The notes under the pieces are model-generated. The model saw nothing but the letters and a program-made list of their open reading frames with translations, ran no database searches and was not told where the DNA came from. Shown here piece by piece: positions 37,554 through 47,431 of a DNA stretch of 50,300 nt; position 1 is the stretch's first letter, and the number at the start of each line of letters is the position of its first letter. Both the position numbers and the translations under genes were made by a program. The stretch comes from a virus (taxonomy: Duplodnaviria > Caudoviricetes): positions 1 through 50,300 of the IMG/VR virus record IMGVR_UViG_3300050190_000122; one strand, 5' to 3'.

Positions 37554-39911
37554 TTACCCCAAGGCAACCTTTTCAAAGACTTTTTGAACACCATAACCGG
37601 GGATACGTGCTTTACCTTTTCGTTCTTTCCAATTCGGTATGGTACGAAGGAGATCACATATCTCGTGGGCCTCCCACGGTCGCATTGATCCCGCCTTGTT
37701 ATGAAGACACTCAGACCACACTAGGGAGGCACATACCCGGTCCCATAGTTGCCTGCCATCTGACCCATTTCCCCATTCATTCTCTATAGGAGTCTCTAGC
37801 CATTCCTGAATAAGTCCAGCACGCGGGTCTTCCTCCATATGCATTCCCTGAATACGTGACGCCTGCTGCTCGATCTCTGGTGACAATGTAAGTGCCTCGC
37901 CCTTTCGGTAGGCTTGTACGACCTCTGCCCATATCTGCGCGATGTCGTACTCAGAGAGATCCGTGAAAATATTCTTGATTCGTTTCTCCGGATTGACTGT
38001 CACAGGCCAGAACCTTCGATTGCCTGTCGGATCCTTAAGAAAATTACAGTTGTTTGTTGTTCCGAAGAAAACGCACTTGCGCGGAAAATCTGTAACAACA
38101 CGGTCATAGGCCACCCGGTACTTATCACTTCTCTTAGTGATAAATTGCTTGATCTCATCCACTTCGATTTTAGTCATGCCTGCCAGCTCACCGAACTCGA
38201 AGATCCATGCCGACTGTAGATGCTCCCCAGCATCTTTAGAATCAAAGGTCTTTAGTGAATCACTGAACCAGTTCCTAGCCAGCATTTGTATGATCGTGCT
38301 TTTACCGGCGCCTTGCGGGCCAACCAGAACCAGCATATAGTCGAACTTGCAACCTGGCTCATAAAGCCTTTTGACCGCGGCAATAAACATCTTTCGAGTT
38401 ACTTCTTTTACATAGTCCGAGTCTTCTGCTCCTAGGTAGTCAATGAATAGCCGGTCGATCCTTGGAGCCCCGTCCCACTTCTGTTCTTCTAAGTACTCAA
38501 TAATAGGATGAAAGCGATTAACATGCGCCACCTCCGTGAAGGCGTTTGCAATAATATTGGCGGACTTGATCTCGTACTTTTTACCAAACCAGTGCTGAAG
38601 CCGTTTGTCATCAGCCCCCAGCCAAGGCTCATAGTCCTCATGTTGTCGCTCTCGGTTCCTCCAGGGTAATTCCTTTCGGATGACCTCTGTATTACCGAAA
38701 GCATCATACGCTAATACCCCGTCCCACTGTCCATTTGACATAATGACTTCCACATTCTTGGAGTTTGATAACGGAAATCCACTTTTTGTGTTCATCTTCA
38801 GGTCATCGATCCAAGGTGCAGCGTGTTCCTCTTCTTCGTCACGTTCCTCAGCCTCGGTACCCGCAAAGTCTTCTGATAGCTCAGATAATCTCTCACGCTT
38901 TACTTTTCCGTCTTGCGAGGCGAAGGCCACCATGGCCGTATGACTCGGTAGTTTGTCGATATTGGTATTCTCGCTCGCTCGGTCATCTAACTTCCCGAAC
39001 TTGTGCAGCCGTACTAAATCGAACGCATTAACCTCTCTGCCACTGCAGGGATCACTCTCGTGATGAGAGTAGGCGAACATGTCTTCATCGTAGACCACGA
39101 GGCCCCCGAAGCTACTGGACCCGATATGCGTATAGCGGTTATTCCCATCGTCTACCGACTCATATACGTCGGCAAGGAATGCATCAATGGCCTCGGATAT
39201 GGAATAACAACGACAGAACGCACCCACAACGCCCAGCTTAGCCTTAGGATCTTCCATCCGTCTGGACGTTTGTCTTTGCACCTTATCGTCGGCATGCCTC
39301 GGCCATTGGAGAGGATCGCGCCAGTCATCATAATCAGCAAGAATATTATCTACAGATAGTGGCTCACCCTCATAGACTTCCAGCATCGGCTCTGCATCCT
39401 TGGAACAACTCGGCAGATACATCAACCGGTGGACTTCGAAAGTGGTTTTATCGAAATAGTCCATACCGATCTGCTCCGCGAGTTTACGGCTAACCGCGCC
39501 GTATTCATCTGGACTCATAGCTCGATCAACCGGTGCGATTAGACGGTATTTTTGTTTAGCAAATCTGTAACTGTGTGTAGGGTAGATCGCATAGGCCATT
39601 CCGCCAAGCACGAGTTCAGCCGCGAACAAAAAGCCATCGTCTTCCACATGATCCGCGTCCAGGGTAATCAAACTACGCGTGTCTACATTCTCTTTTTTCC
39701 TGCGCCCGCCTCGGACAAGTCCGCCCACAAAAGCCGGGCCGTCTTTCAGTTTCCCTCGGGCAATATTATTCATCTTGTCGTACTGCGCCATCGTCTCAGA
39801 CGTGCGCCTGACCTTTCGCAACCGGCCATCGACGAACTCATCCCAGTTTAGGAATTCGGGTTTCCAGTTTGTATCTGCACGATGCTTACCGAAACTAATG
39901 TCAAGTATCAT
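37554..39911 (-). CDS. VirE/VapE-family primase-helicase
   Basis: AEP-like LDAD and TH motifs, GPQGAGKST and DPTGNRRFWP. Confidence 0.92.
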   Translation of the reverse strand: MILDISFGKHRADTNWKPEFLNWDEFVDGRLRKVRRTSETMAQYDKMNNIARGKLKDGPAFVGGLVRGGRRKKENVDTRSLITLDADHVEDDGFLFAAELVLGGMAYAIYPTHSYRFAKQKYRLIAPVDRAMSPDEYGAVSRKLAEQIGMDYFDKTTFEVHRLMYLPSCSKDAEPMLEVYEGEPLSVDNILADYDDWRDPLQWPRHADDKVQRQTSRRMEDPKAKLGVVGAFCRCYSISEAIDAFLADVYESVDDGNNRYTHIGSSSFGGLVVYDEDMFAYSHHESDPCSGREVNAFDLVRLHKFGKLDDRASENTNIDKLPSHTAMVAFASQDGKVKRERLSELSEDFAGTEAEERDEEEEHAAPWIDDLKMNTKSGFPLSNSKNVEVIMSNGQWDGVLAYDAFGNTEVIRKELPWRNRERQHEDYEPWLGADDKRLQHWFGKKYEIKSANIIANAFTEVAHVNRFHPIIEYLEEQKWDGAPRIDRLFIDYLGAEDSDYVKEVTRKMFIAAVKRLYEPGCKFDYMLVLVGPQGAGKSTIIQMLARNWFSDSLKTFDSKDAGEHLQSAWIFEFGELAGMTKIEVDEIKQFITKRSDKYRVAYDRVVTDFPRKCVFFGTTNNCNFLKDPTGNRRFWPVTVNPEKRIKNIFTDLSEYDIAQIWAEVVQAYRKGEALTLSPEIEQQASRIQGMHMEEDPRAGLIQEWLETPIENEWGNGSDGRQLWDRVCASLVWSECLHNKAGSMRPWEAHEICDLLRTIPNWKERKGKARIPGYGVQKVFEKVALG

Positions 39912-39925
39912 AGGTATTCACCCCC

Positions 39926-40858
39926 TCATGCCAGCAGATCGTCAAACGCTTCTTGCATGGCCATATGCAAGTTGTTAACGGCGATTCTGAAATAGCTGTC
40001 CTTGAGCTCCACTCCGACAAACCTGCGCCCCATTTTGATTGCCTGATATCCCTCGCTCCCAATACCTGCAAACGGTGAGAACACGATGTCATCGGGATTT
40101 GACCATAACTCCATAGATCTGGCAATCACGTCGAGCTGTAATGGGCAGATGTGCCGTTCGTCCTTATCTTCACGAGCTGATCGGTATTGTAGTGTGTTGC
40201 TTTGTCGAATGTCCATCCATACCGGAGATGCGTATTTACGCCACACCTGATGTGAATATACCGACTCACTTCCGGGCTCATTCTCACCAAAAAACCTTAC
40301 CATTCCATCAGGGTGTGTAATTGGTTCTGGGTTATCCCCTGGCTTCCGCATTGTTAAGACATAGTCTGGTAATCCTTGGCGACACATCGACGAGTCCTTG
40401 ACCAACTGCTTATGCATAAGTCCTAAAGCTTTTGTCCTAGTCGCCTCGACGAGTGGGTCTTTCCAGATTGTCACCCTAGAATGCCATATGAATCCCTCAT
40501 CCTCGAAAGCCTGTCGAAGCTGAGAAGGAAAATCTTTAATCCCTATATATCCATCCCGTGACTTCATCGCTGGAATATCCATGCAATGAAAGCTTACCAA
40601 CCGCCCGGGGATTGTTACTCTGAAGAGCTCGTGATTTAAAAATTTAAAATGCTCAAAGAATTCAGCGTCGTTTCGGCAATTGCCCATGTCTCGGTCACTA
40701 TTTGAGTAAGTATAGAGAGATGCAAAAGGTGGGGAAAAGATGCTGTAATGAATGCTGTTGTCAGGAAGCCCCCTGGCTACCTCCACGCAATCCCCGTTAT
40801 AAAGAGCAAAATCATTTTCAATAACTTGATCGATTGTATTAACTTGCAAGTGTCTCAC
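39926..40858 (-). CDS. Beta-class amino DNA methyltransferase (N4C/N6A)
   Basis: FSPPF motif IV, HICPLQLD and SPFAGIGS motif I. Confidence 0.9.
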   Translation of the reverse strand: MRHLQVNTIDQVIENDFALYNGDCVEVARGLPDNSIHYSIFSPPFASLYTYSNSDRDMGNCRNDAEFFEHFKFLNHELFRVTIPGRLVSFHCMDIPAMKSRDGYIGIKDFPSQLRQAFEDEGFIWHSRVTIWKDPLVEATRTKALGLMHKQLVKDSSMCRQGLPDYVLTMRKPGDNPEPITHPDGMVRFFGENEPGSESVYSHQVWRKYASPVWMDIRQSNTLQYRSAREDKDERHICPLQLDVIARSMELWSNPDDIVFSPFAGIGSEGYQAIKMGRRFVGVELKDSYFRIAVNNLHMAMQEAFDDLLA

Positions 40859-42212
40859 TCCTCAGCCATGGTGGTATCCTTATAGGGGTTATTGCAGCGT
40901 ATTCGGTAGAATCACGTTCGGTAGATCTGATTGATTCGGAGGTAATGTCCTTTGTATACTTGACCATTTCAGCTACCATCTTCTGAAAGTCCAGCTCTTT
41001 ACGTTTAATATTCTCAGCTGTTGCCCCTTCTCGGCTGGATGTAATCATGGTCACGTTCACTGGCCTTGTCTGTCCGAATCTGTAACATCGCCGTACAGCC
41101 TGAAAGACTTTCTCGAAGCTGTCTGATAGACCTACGAACGCCATGTCTGCACAATGCTGCCAGTTCATACCAAAACCCGCTATAGATGGTTTTGTGACTA
41201 ATACTCTGATCTTTCCGGCGGCAAAGTCGAGCAGAGCTTTTTCCTTATGCGTCGATTTATCGCCACCCTTTACTTCGACCGCATCAGGTATCGCCTTGGA
41301 GAGCATTTTCGATTCTACATTCAGGTCACACCAAACGAGGAATGGTTGATCCGAGGCGTTAACGATTTCGGCACAAGCCGCTACCCGTTCTGCAGCTGTC
41401 TCACGGCGTGCTTTCTGACGCTCAGATAGTGTATTTGCTAGTTCACCCTCGACTTCAATAACATGATCAATGATCGTGAGAGGCGGCAGGATGTAGCCAT
41501 CATCCGAGTACCCAAGGTCTGACGGCTTCTCCAATACAACACCCCACTTTGCTACCCATCTCCAGAACCTGTCTTCTGCATGACCCTTCAATCGCCATTT
41601 CTGTGTATCTCCCCCATCATGGACAAAGTACATGGCCAGCATCTCTGATCTCCCCATGACACCTAAGAACTCAGCATGGTTGCCAATCTCCATGTAATCG
41701 TTCGGTGCGGGAGTCGCGGTGCACGCGAGTCGATAGGGTGTAAATGCAAAGGACTCAATTAGATCTGTCCTTATCTTGCCTGTGAATGATTTGAGGATTG
41801 ATGATTCGTCCAGGACGATGCCGTCAAATAGCATCGGCTCAAAGTGGTGGAGCATTTCATAATTTGCGATATTGAGTCCAGGACGAACGTCATCCTGACT
41901 TCGGCACATTGTTATCTCATATCCCATTACCGCTCCCTCGCGGATTGTTTGAGTTGCTACAGCGAGTGGCGCCAGAAGTAGAACGTCTCCACCTGATGAT
42001 TGGTGTACTTTCATCGCCCATTCGATTTGAATCCGCGTCTTTCCAAGACCGGTCCCGGCGAACACCGCTGCTCGGCCACGTCTTAACGCCCAGCGAACAA
42101 TGTCCTTTTGGAAATTGAATAAACTTTCGTGGAGTGTTTCACGGTTAATCAAAAAGCCTGATGGCGGTGTTGTCATTCGTTTATGATCTATGAAAAAATC
42201 GTACTCTTGCAT
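40839..42212 (-). CDS. SNF2-like helicase coupled to the methyltransferase
   Basis: TGLGKT, DESS, TATPAPND, GMNWQ and QAVRRCYRFGQ. Overlaps the MTase start. Confidence 0.9.
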   Translation of the reverse strand: MQEYDFFIDHKRMTTPPSGFLINRETLHESLFNFQKDIVRWALRRGRAAVFAGTGLGKTRIQIEWAMKVHQSSGGDVLLLAPLAVATQTIREGAVMGYEITMCRSQDDVRPGLNIANYEMLHHFEPMLFDGIVLDESSILKSFTGKIRTDLIESFAFTPYRLACTATPAPNDYMEIGNHAEFLGVMGRSEMLAMYFVHDGGDTQKWRLKGHAEDRFWRWVAKWGVVLEKPSDLGYSDDGYILPPLTIIDHVIEVEGELANTLSERQKARRETAAERVAACAEIVNASDQPFLVWCDLNVESKMLSKAIPDAVEVKGGDKSTHKEKALLDFAAGKIRVLVTKPSIAGFGMNWQHCADMAFVGLSDSFEKVFQAVRRCYRFGQTRPVNVTMITSSREGATAENIKRKELDFQKMVAEMVKYTKDITSESIRSTERDSTEYAAITPIRIPPWLRSETLAS

Positions 42213-42218
42213 ACATCG

Positions 42219-42656
42219 TCACTCCTCAAGGTCGATAGTTGGTAGTCCAATAAGTAACTCTGCTTGATGTGCTGGTATAAATAACTCGACTCCCCCGCTT
42301 TGACCATGCTTTGTATATCTGATAATCAGGGATGCGCCCTCGATTTTAATGTTGTGGTTCCAAAATCCGCTCTTATCAAGCGAGTGGTTAAACTTATTAA
42401 AGATGTCGTAATCCACGTATGCCGACCGGCCATTGAAACTCACGATCACTGGGTGGCCCATGACCATTTGAGTCCTTTCAAGCTTCTGTTCAAGTGCTCT
42501 TAGTTTTAGATCTACAGCGTGGTAGATACTATAATTTCCATACCCTTTAATCTCTGCCACCAATTTCTCTCGTTGCGTCTTGATAATTGCATTGGCGGCG
42601 TCTTTAGATTTCTTTATTCTTTTTAGCTCCTCGTCCTCCAGCTTTCTTAGGAACAT
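42219..42656 (-). CDS. Hypothetical phage protein
   Basis: Intact ORF overlapping its upstream neighbour. Confidence 0.6.
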   Translation of the reverse strand: MFLRKLEDEELKRIKKSKDAANAIIKTQREKLVAEIKGYGNYSIYHAVDLKLRALEQKLERTQMVMGHPVIVSFNGRSAYVDYDIFNKFNHSLDKSGFWNHNIKIEGASLIIRYTKHGQSGGVELFIPAHQAELLIGLPTIDLEE

Positions 42657-43321
42657 CCGTCGCTCGCCTCTGCTTTCGTTCGTATCGGTAAGATCAGGAC
42701 GTCGATTCCATTGTCCTCGTCGCTGAAGACGATTGAGTCACAATTATGCCTAAGCTTTATAACTATGCTGGATGATCTGGCACTCTTGAAAACATCTAAA
42801 GCATGGTACATGTAATCAGCATTGAAGGACCATGTCTCATTCTGGTCTTTCGCCAGTTCGCCAATGAATGCATTTAGCTCAACACCCTGCTCCGATAACT
42901 TCAAAAAAGCATTTCCCTCGGTTAGAACAAGATTCATAATCCTGTTGGGTGTCTTAAGCTCTTTTACAACCATCTGGATTATTTTCGCGCATTGGGTAGC
43001 CACCTCTATTTGAGCAAAGGATTCAAGTGTGATTCGGTTCTCTTGATTCCAGTTAAGTAGATTGTTCACGGCTTCTTCATTCGGGTAAGTGCCTTCTATC
43101 TCAGCGCCGGTAATGGCATGCAAGGTGCAGGGCTCTGAGAATGGAGAAACATCTTTGACCCGGAGAAGAATGCACGTGTCACATACACAGGCGGACCCAT
43201 CTGCTTGATATCGGATCCCTTGGAATATGGTCTTATTCTCTTTTTTACCCGCCGCAAAGAACTTAGCATGCTTGGTCAAAAGTTCTTGCAGCTGTCTTTT
43301 TTGGAATTGATTAATACTCAT
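42647..43321 (-). CDS. Two-domain DNA polymerase III beta-clamp-like protein
   Basis: DG.A.VCDT..LL, EGTYPN, SFNADYM..AL and VLILPIR match DnaN domain 2-3 signatures. Confidence 0.65.
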   Translation of the reverse strand: MSINQFQKRQLQELLTKHAKFFAAGKKENKTIFQGIRYQADGSACVCDTCILLRVKDVSPFSEPCTLHAITGAEIEGTYPNEEAVNNLLNWNQENRITLESFAQIEVATQCAKIIQMVVKELKTPNRIMNLVLTEGNAFLKLSEQGVELNAFIGELAKDQNETWSFNADYMYHALDVFKSARSSSIVIKLRHNCDSIVFSDEDNGIDVLILPIRTKAEASDGCS

Positions 43322-43628
43322 TGGTATCGCCGCCTTGCGCTTTATTCATGGCCCCTGTTACCTCACAGTAAAGGAGCTCATCACCTTCTAGCCATTTATC
43401 TTTAAAACTTTCTAAGTAAGAGGCAACGTTTTCCATTACTTTGTACATATCGGGAGCAGCCGCAATAAGTTTCATATTGGCTTCTGCCTCCACTCCATCA
43501 AAGGTATGCTTGACTAGGAACAGTCCTCGATCATTAGGAAGAATCTGTCTAACATATAGCCCTTTAAGCTGATTACTAGGTATCCTGACTACTTCCCACG
43601 TTCCCGGTGTAATTTCAGGCTCGGTCAT
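43311..43628 (-). CDS. Phage hypothetical protein (TPGPW...ANA.LIAAAP family)
   Basis: ITPGTW...EANMKLIAAAPDM. Confidence 0.75.
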   Translation of the reverse strand: MTEPEITPGTWEVVRIPSNQLKGLYVRQILPNDRGLFLVKHTFDGVEAEANMKLIAAAPDMYKVMENVASYLESFKDKWLEGDELLYCEVTGAMNKAQGGDTNEY

Positions 43629-43647
43629 TTCTTCTCCCTCAATTCTT

Positions 43648-45213
43648 CTATAAATTGACAGCCTCTCTGTCTTGGCCGGTACATAACTCGGGTAAATTGG
43701 ATCGTAGAAGATGTTCCGAAAATGGTGGAGGAACGGCATTACCACATTTTGCAACCTGCATGGACTTGGAAAGCTTTTTCCCAGTGCTATCATGATCGAT
43801 AATATAGTCTGACGGGAATCCATTGGCATTAAACAACTCCCTTGGCGTTAACATCCTGAGCCCAATGTCACTAATGAAATACTTTTCTCCGCCAATCTCA
43901 ATTATTAGGAGTTCATCCTCGCCGATATTGTAATCACAATACTCATTCAACATAGCTCGGACTTTTGGCCAATGCCCCAATCCTTGGGTATTGTTCGTTT
44001 TTCTCAAATAAGTTTTTACTACCCCAAATTGACCAATGCTTGCGGTTATTGTTTGCAATGGAGTATTAACCATCTGACCCTTATTGTCACCTTTGAATTT
44101 AACGATATGAACGACGCTAAGCCCACTTCGATCCTTACTGGTAATAGTGTGTAGTGGATCTGTTATCTCCTGGCCGATGCCTTGACCGTAATACTTAATT
44201 AAAGATGCAGATACTAACGCGTGTCTTGGCGATGCGTCGATCGTTAAGATAGGTTTATCAACCGTTTGTCCTCTTGCTTCAGGACTGTCGTGATATTGCA
44301 AGAGAGTTGGGGCAACTAGGAAGTTATGATCCCTTTGTGTAATTGTTGGTAATGGACTATCAATCGATCGACCTGACCCAGTGTAATACCCGCCGTACGC
44401 TTGCATAATGAAAGGCTTAGGATTCTTTAAGAAAAACTTATCTATCCCCTTGGCTATTCGCTTCATTGTGTTGTCAGCCAGAGGCCGAACGGCTTTAAGT
44501 CTATACTTTCTTTTGATCTCCCCTGCGGTTTCAAAAATAGACGGACTAGGTAATTCAAAGTCAATGACATCGGCTGCGGTAATCCAAGGTTTTAGTTTTC
44601 CAGACTCAACCTCTGCGCTCTTAGGATCTCCATGAGTTGGTTTTGGCCAAACGATTGGTTGACCGTCACATCTCGCAATCATAAACAGGCGCTTACGTGT
44701 TGTTGGTGCTCCGTAGTCACAGGCCCTTAGTTCTCGCCAATCAACTTTGTACCCTTGATATTTGAAAGCATTTATGAAAGTTCGGAATGTCCTGCCTTTT
44801 TGCTTAGGATCCGGAAGACTATCTTTGGTCAATGGTCCCCAGTCTTGGAATTCCTCAACGTTTTCGAGCATTATTACCCTCGGTCTTACTGTAGCAGCCC
44901 ACTTTATTCCTAGCCATGCAAGACCTCGAATGCCTTTATCCTTTGGCTTACCACCCCTGGCCTTACTATGATGTTTGCAGTCTGGGCTCAGCCAAAGTAA
45001 AGCAACTGGATGTCCCTTTGTGGCCTCCCTTGGATCCACTTCCCATACGGACTCACAATAGTGCTTCGTATTAGGATGATTCACCTCGTGCATGGCGATG
45101 GCTGCAGGATCATGGTTAATCGCTATATCTACGCTTCGTCCGATTGCCAGGGAGATACCCGTTGAGGCACCTCCACCGCCAGCAAAAGAATCAACAATGA
45201 TCTCTCTACCCAT
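43648..45213 (-). CDS. C5 cytosine DNA methyltransferase
   Basis: FAGGGG, SPDC, ENV, YGAPTTRKRLF, RML.PREL..A.GFP and GNAV motifs. Confidence 0.95.
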   Translation of the reverse strand: MGREIIVDSFAGGGGASTGISLAIGRSVDIAINHDPAAIAMHEVNHPNTKHYCESVWEVDPREATKGHPVALLWLSPDCKHHSKARGGKPKDKGIRGLAWLGIKWAATVRPRVIMLENVEEFQDWGPLTKDSLPDPKQKGRTFRTFINAFKYQGYKVDWRELRACDYGAPTTRKRLFMIARCDGQPIVWPKPTHGDPKSAEVESGKLKPWITAADVIDFELPSPSIFETAGEIKRKYRLKAVRPLADNTMKRIAKGIDKFFLKNPKPFIMQAYGGYYTGSGRSIDSPLPTITQRDHNFLVAPTLLQYHDSPEARGQTVDKPILTIDASPRHALVSASLIKYYGQGIGQEITDPLHTITSKDRSGLSVVHIVKFKGDNKGQMVNTPLQTITASIGQFGVVKTYLRKTNNTQGLGHWPKVRAMLNEYCDYNIGEDELLIIEIGGEKYFISDIGLRMLTPRELFNANGFPSDYIIDHDSTGKKLSKSMQVAKCGNAVPPPFSEHLLRSNLPELCTGQDREAVNL

Positions 45214-45376
45214 TTTGGCCAACTTCAATTTCCAATTCTGCGGGGTGCTCCGGACATCCGTATTTAGGACATAACAGGCAATCTTCTCCGGAAAGACCGA
45301 ACCCGGCGCAGTCATTGCACTTGCAACCGCGTTTATCGCATTCCTCCAAAACAACGTCACGGCAGTCTTTACTCAT
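45206..45376 (-). CDS. Cys-rich small hypothetical protein
   Basis: Eight Cys in 56 aa, overlapping both neighbours. Confidence 0.5.
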   Translation of the reverse strand: MSKDCRDVVLEECDKRGCKCNDCAGFGLSGEDCLLCPKYGCPEHPAELEIEVGQNG

Positions 45377-45626
45377 CTTCATCATCCATATTGGCCTCGT
45401 ATTCCTCGCCACTGATCGGCGTGATCCACTCGACTTTCTTTTTCAGCATCTTCGCCATAGTGTGCCTATTCTCTTCATGCATTTCGGCATACTGCTTGGA
45501 CGTTATAGCCTTTTTGCAACCACCTATTTTAAGTCTGAGATAAGCTTCATCATTGTTTCCTTCACCGTCATGAGCCAGTCCGGCTTCGGCTGAAATACGA
45601 TAAGGGAATTTCAAGTCATAATACAT
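45369..45626 (-). CDS. Hypothetical phage protein
   Basis: ORF with SD GGGGG. Confidence 0.6.
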   Translation of the reverse strand: MYYDLKFPYRISAEAGLAHDGEGNNDEAYLRLKIGGCKKAITSKQYAEMHEENRHTMAKMLKKKVEWITPISGEEYEANMDDEDE

Positions 45627-45653
45627 AAGAACACCCCCAATCTTTTTTTTTCG

Positions 45654-45968
45654 CTAATAATCAGAAGGTAATGACGATTGATCCAACAATGCTTTAGATA
45701 ATTTAAAAGGGCTTACAGTTAAGTCTGATTCAACATAAATTGGCTTTGCCTTCTTTGTAATAGGATCAATTAGCATCAGCCAGGTTGCGTTAACATCTGC
45801 CGGTTTGAAAAGTCCATTTGGATCAGGTTGTGGCAGCGTGGCATATCCTGCCTGTGAATTACTGGCTGCAATGTATTGAGGATTGGTGTACTCGGTACCA
45901 TATGGTAGGCCGTAGCCCATCGCCTGTCCCAGATAGACGAATTTACCTGTCATATCATAATTAGATTC
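45654..45968 (-). pseudogene. 3' remnant of a phage lipoprotein-type gene
   Basis: MTGKFVYLG..MGYGLPY...YTNPQ...LPQPDPNGLF...TWLMLIDP...VSPF resembles the C-terminal half of a phage lipoprotein family. There is no SD or signal peptide, and the frame is closed 5 codons upstream. Confidence 0.6.
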
Positions 45969-46509
45969 TCATGGATCCTCCTCTGAAAATAACCGATACT
46001 AAATGGCGCTTCCTTCGCTGTTCCTTCATTCGACGTTGGTAATCAACAATAACCCGACTGATACGATTGGACTTAAGTAAAATCCGGCGGAGATGTTTCA
46101 TCGGTTTCAACTTCCTTTCTCAGCAATTGGATAATCAAACTCTTGCCTCTTATACCAGCGCCACGGCGCGATCGCCAGCATGAACTCAAACTCAATCCTC
46201 TGGTCCTTTAGGTAATGCACTGTCCGGATGTCGATGATCTCTGTGGTAGTGCTGGCGAATCCAACTTTGTCGTTAAGCTCTACGTCACACATGGCCTTAA
46301 ATGATGCAAATTGCATGTTATTACTCCTTAATTTACCTGCTCAAAAGCCTAAAACTAATCTCTGCCACTTGGATCACTCCGGCCATGCTGGTCATTCTCC
46401 CAAATCCAATTCCGTTGACTCGAATATCTGTGGTGGTTAGATCCATGACCTCAGCGAATTGGGCGTTGGTTAATGGGCCTACGCTTGATTCAAGGATGTT
46501 TCTGAGCAT
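45961..46509 (-). other. Three small early ORFs (45961-46101, 46107-46316, 46333-46509)
   Basis: Each has an SD-like site and they are tightly packed. Confidence 0.55.
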
Positions 46510-46605
46510 TTGGGGTTGCCTCCTTTAAGATATTTACAGGGTTTCCCTCTTTCACTGTCGAAATGGTAGTTGGTAGACTGTTTTTCGACAAAGGAGGTGA
46601 ACTAT

Positions 46606-46767
46606 ATGCCTAAAAAATTGCCTTGGTATTCCATAAAGCGTTCTATACATCACAACAACACCAAATGTGACACCGGAAACAACATTGAAGCAGAAAACCT
46701 AAGGCAAGGTACAGGCGGGAATCCACTTTGTAAAGATTGCGCCGAGTTAAACGCAGCTGGGAAATAA
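46606..46767 (+). CDS. 53-aa His/Cys peptide, inverted relative to the early operon
   Basis: SD AAGGAGGTG. HH...C..GNNIE..N...GTGG..LC..C putative metal-binding pattern. Confidence 0.75.
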   Translation: MPKKLPWYSIKRSIHHNNTKCDTGNNIEAENLRQGTGGNPLCKDCAELNAAGK

Positions 46768-47431
46768 TCATTTGTGGTAAAATGTCATTTCCCAATCAGG
46801 GCCTGTTGGTTCACCGTCAATGATGGTCCATAGGCGCCTGAGGTTTGAGGGTTTTAAATCATTTTGCAGTGCGATTGCAAGTGCTTTGAAGCCCTCTTCT
46901 CTGTGCCCGTGAAATCGTACAGTAGGTTCGGGATAGCAATGCTCTATACCACCCTCGCATGATTCATAAGTTTCAATTCCACCCTCAACAAGAATTTCAA
47001 CCTCGTGTTTGATTCCCTTGTCGAGCGGTGGAGAATATTCTGTGGCATTATTCATGTTTTACCTCCTTAACTAACTCGGTTTTGTGTGCGGCCTCAGACC
47101 TGTAGAGTTCTAATTCCTCCACAAGCTCCCGAACGTCTGGTGTTCGGTTATTCACAAACCCTTTAATGACTGTCGTCTGTACTTGATCTTGTTCCTCGAG
47201 TATGGCCACTCTTTTTTCAAGGGTTGATACGCGTTGCTCTAGGTTTTGATTCTCCATGATTTTCCCTCCCTTGTTTAACCCGCTTGTTCCACTTACTGCC
47301 TACAGTTTGGCTTGTTCCATTTCATCCGAAAAGTTCTTTAAAAATAAATTTGCGGCTAAATCAATGGCTTGCTGTGGGTTGGGGTGTGGTATGATTTTAA
47401 CAGTGACGGTTAGTTTGGGGTGTTTTTTCAT
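46768..47431 (-). other. Three small early ORFs (46768-47055, 47048-47257, 47300-47431)
   Basis: SD sites present. 46768-47055 carries a D.GI...V..L...GI.T.ESCEG motif. Confidence 0.6.
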
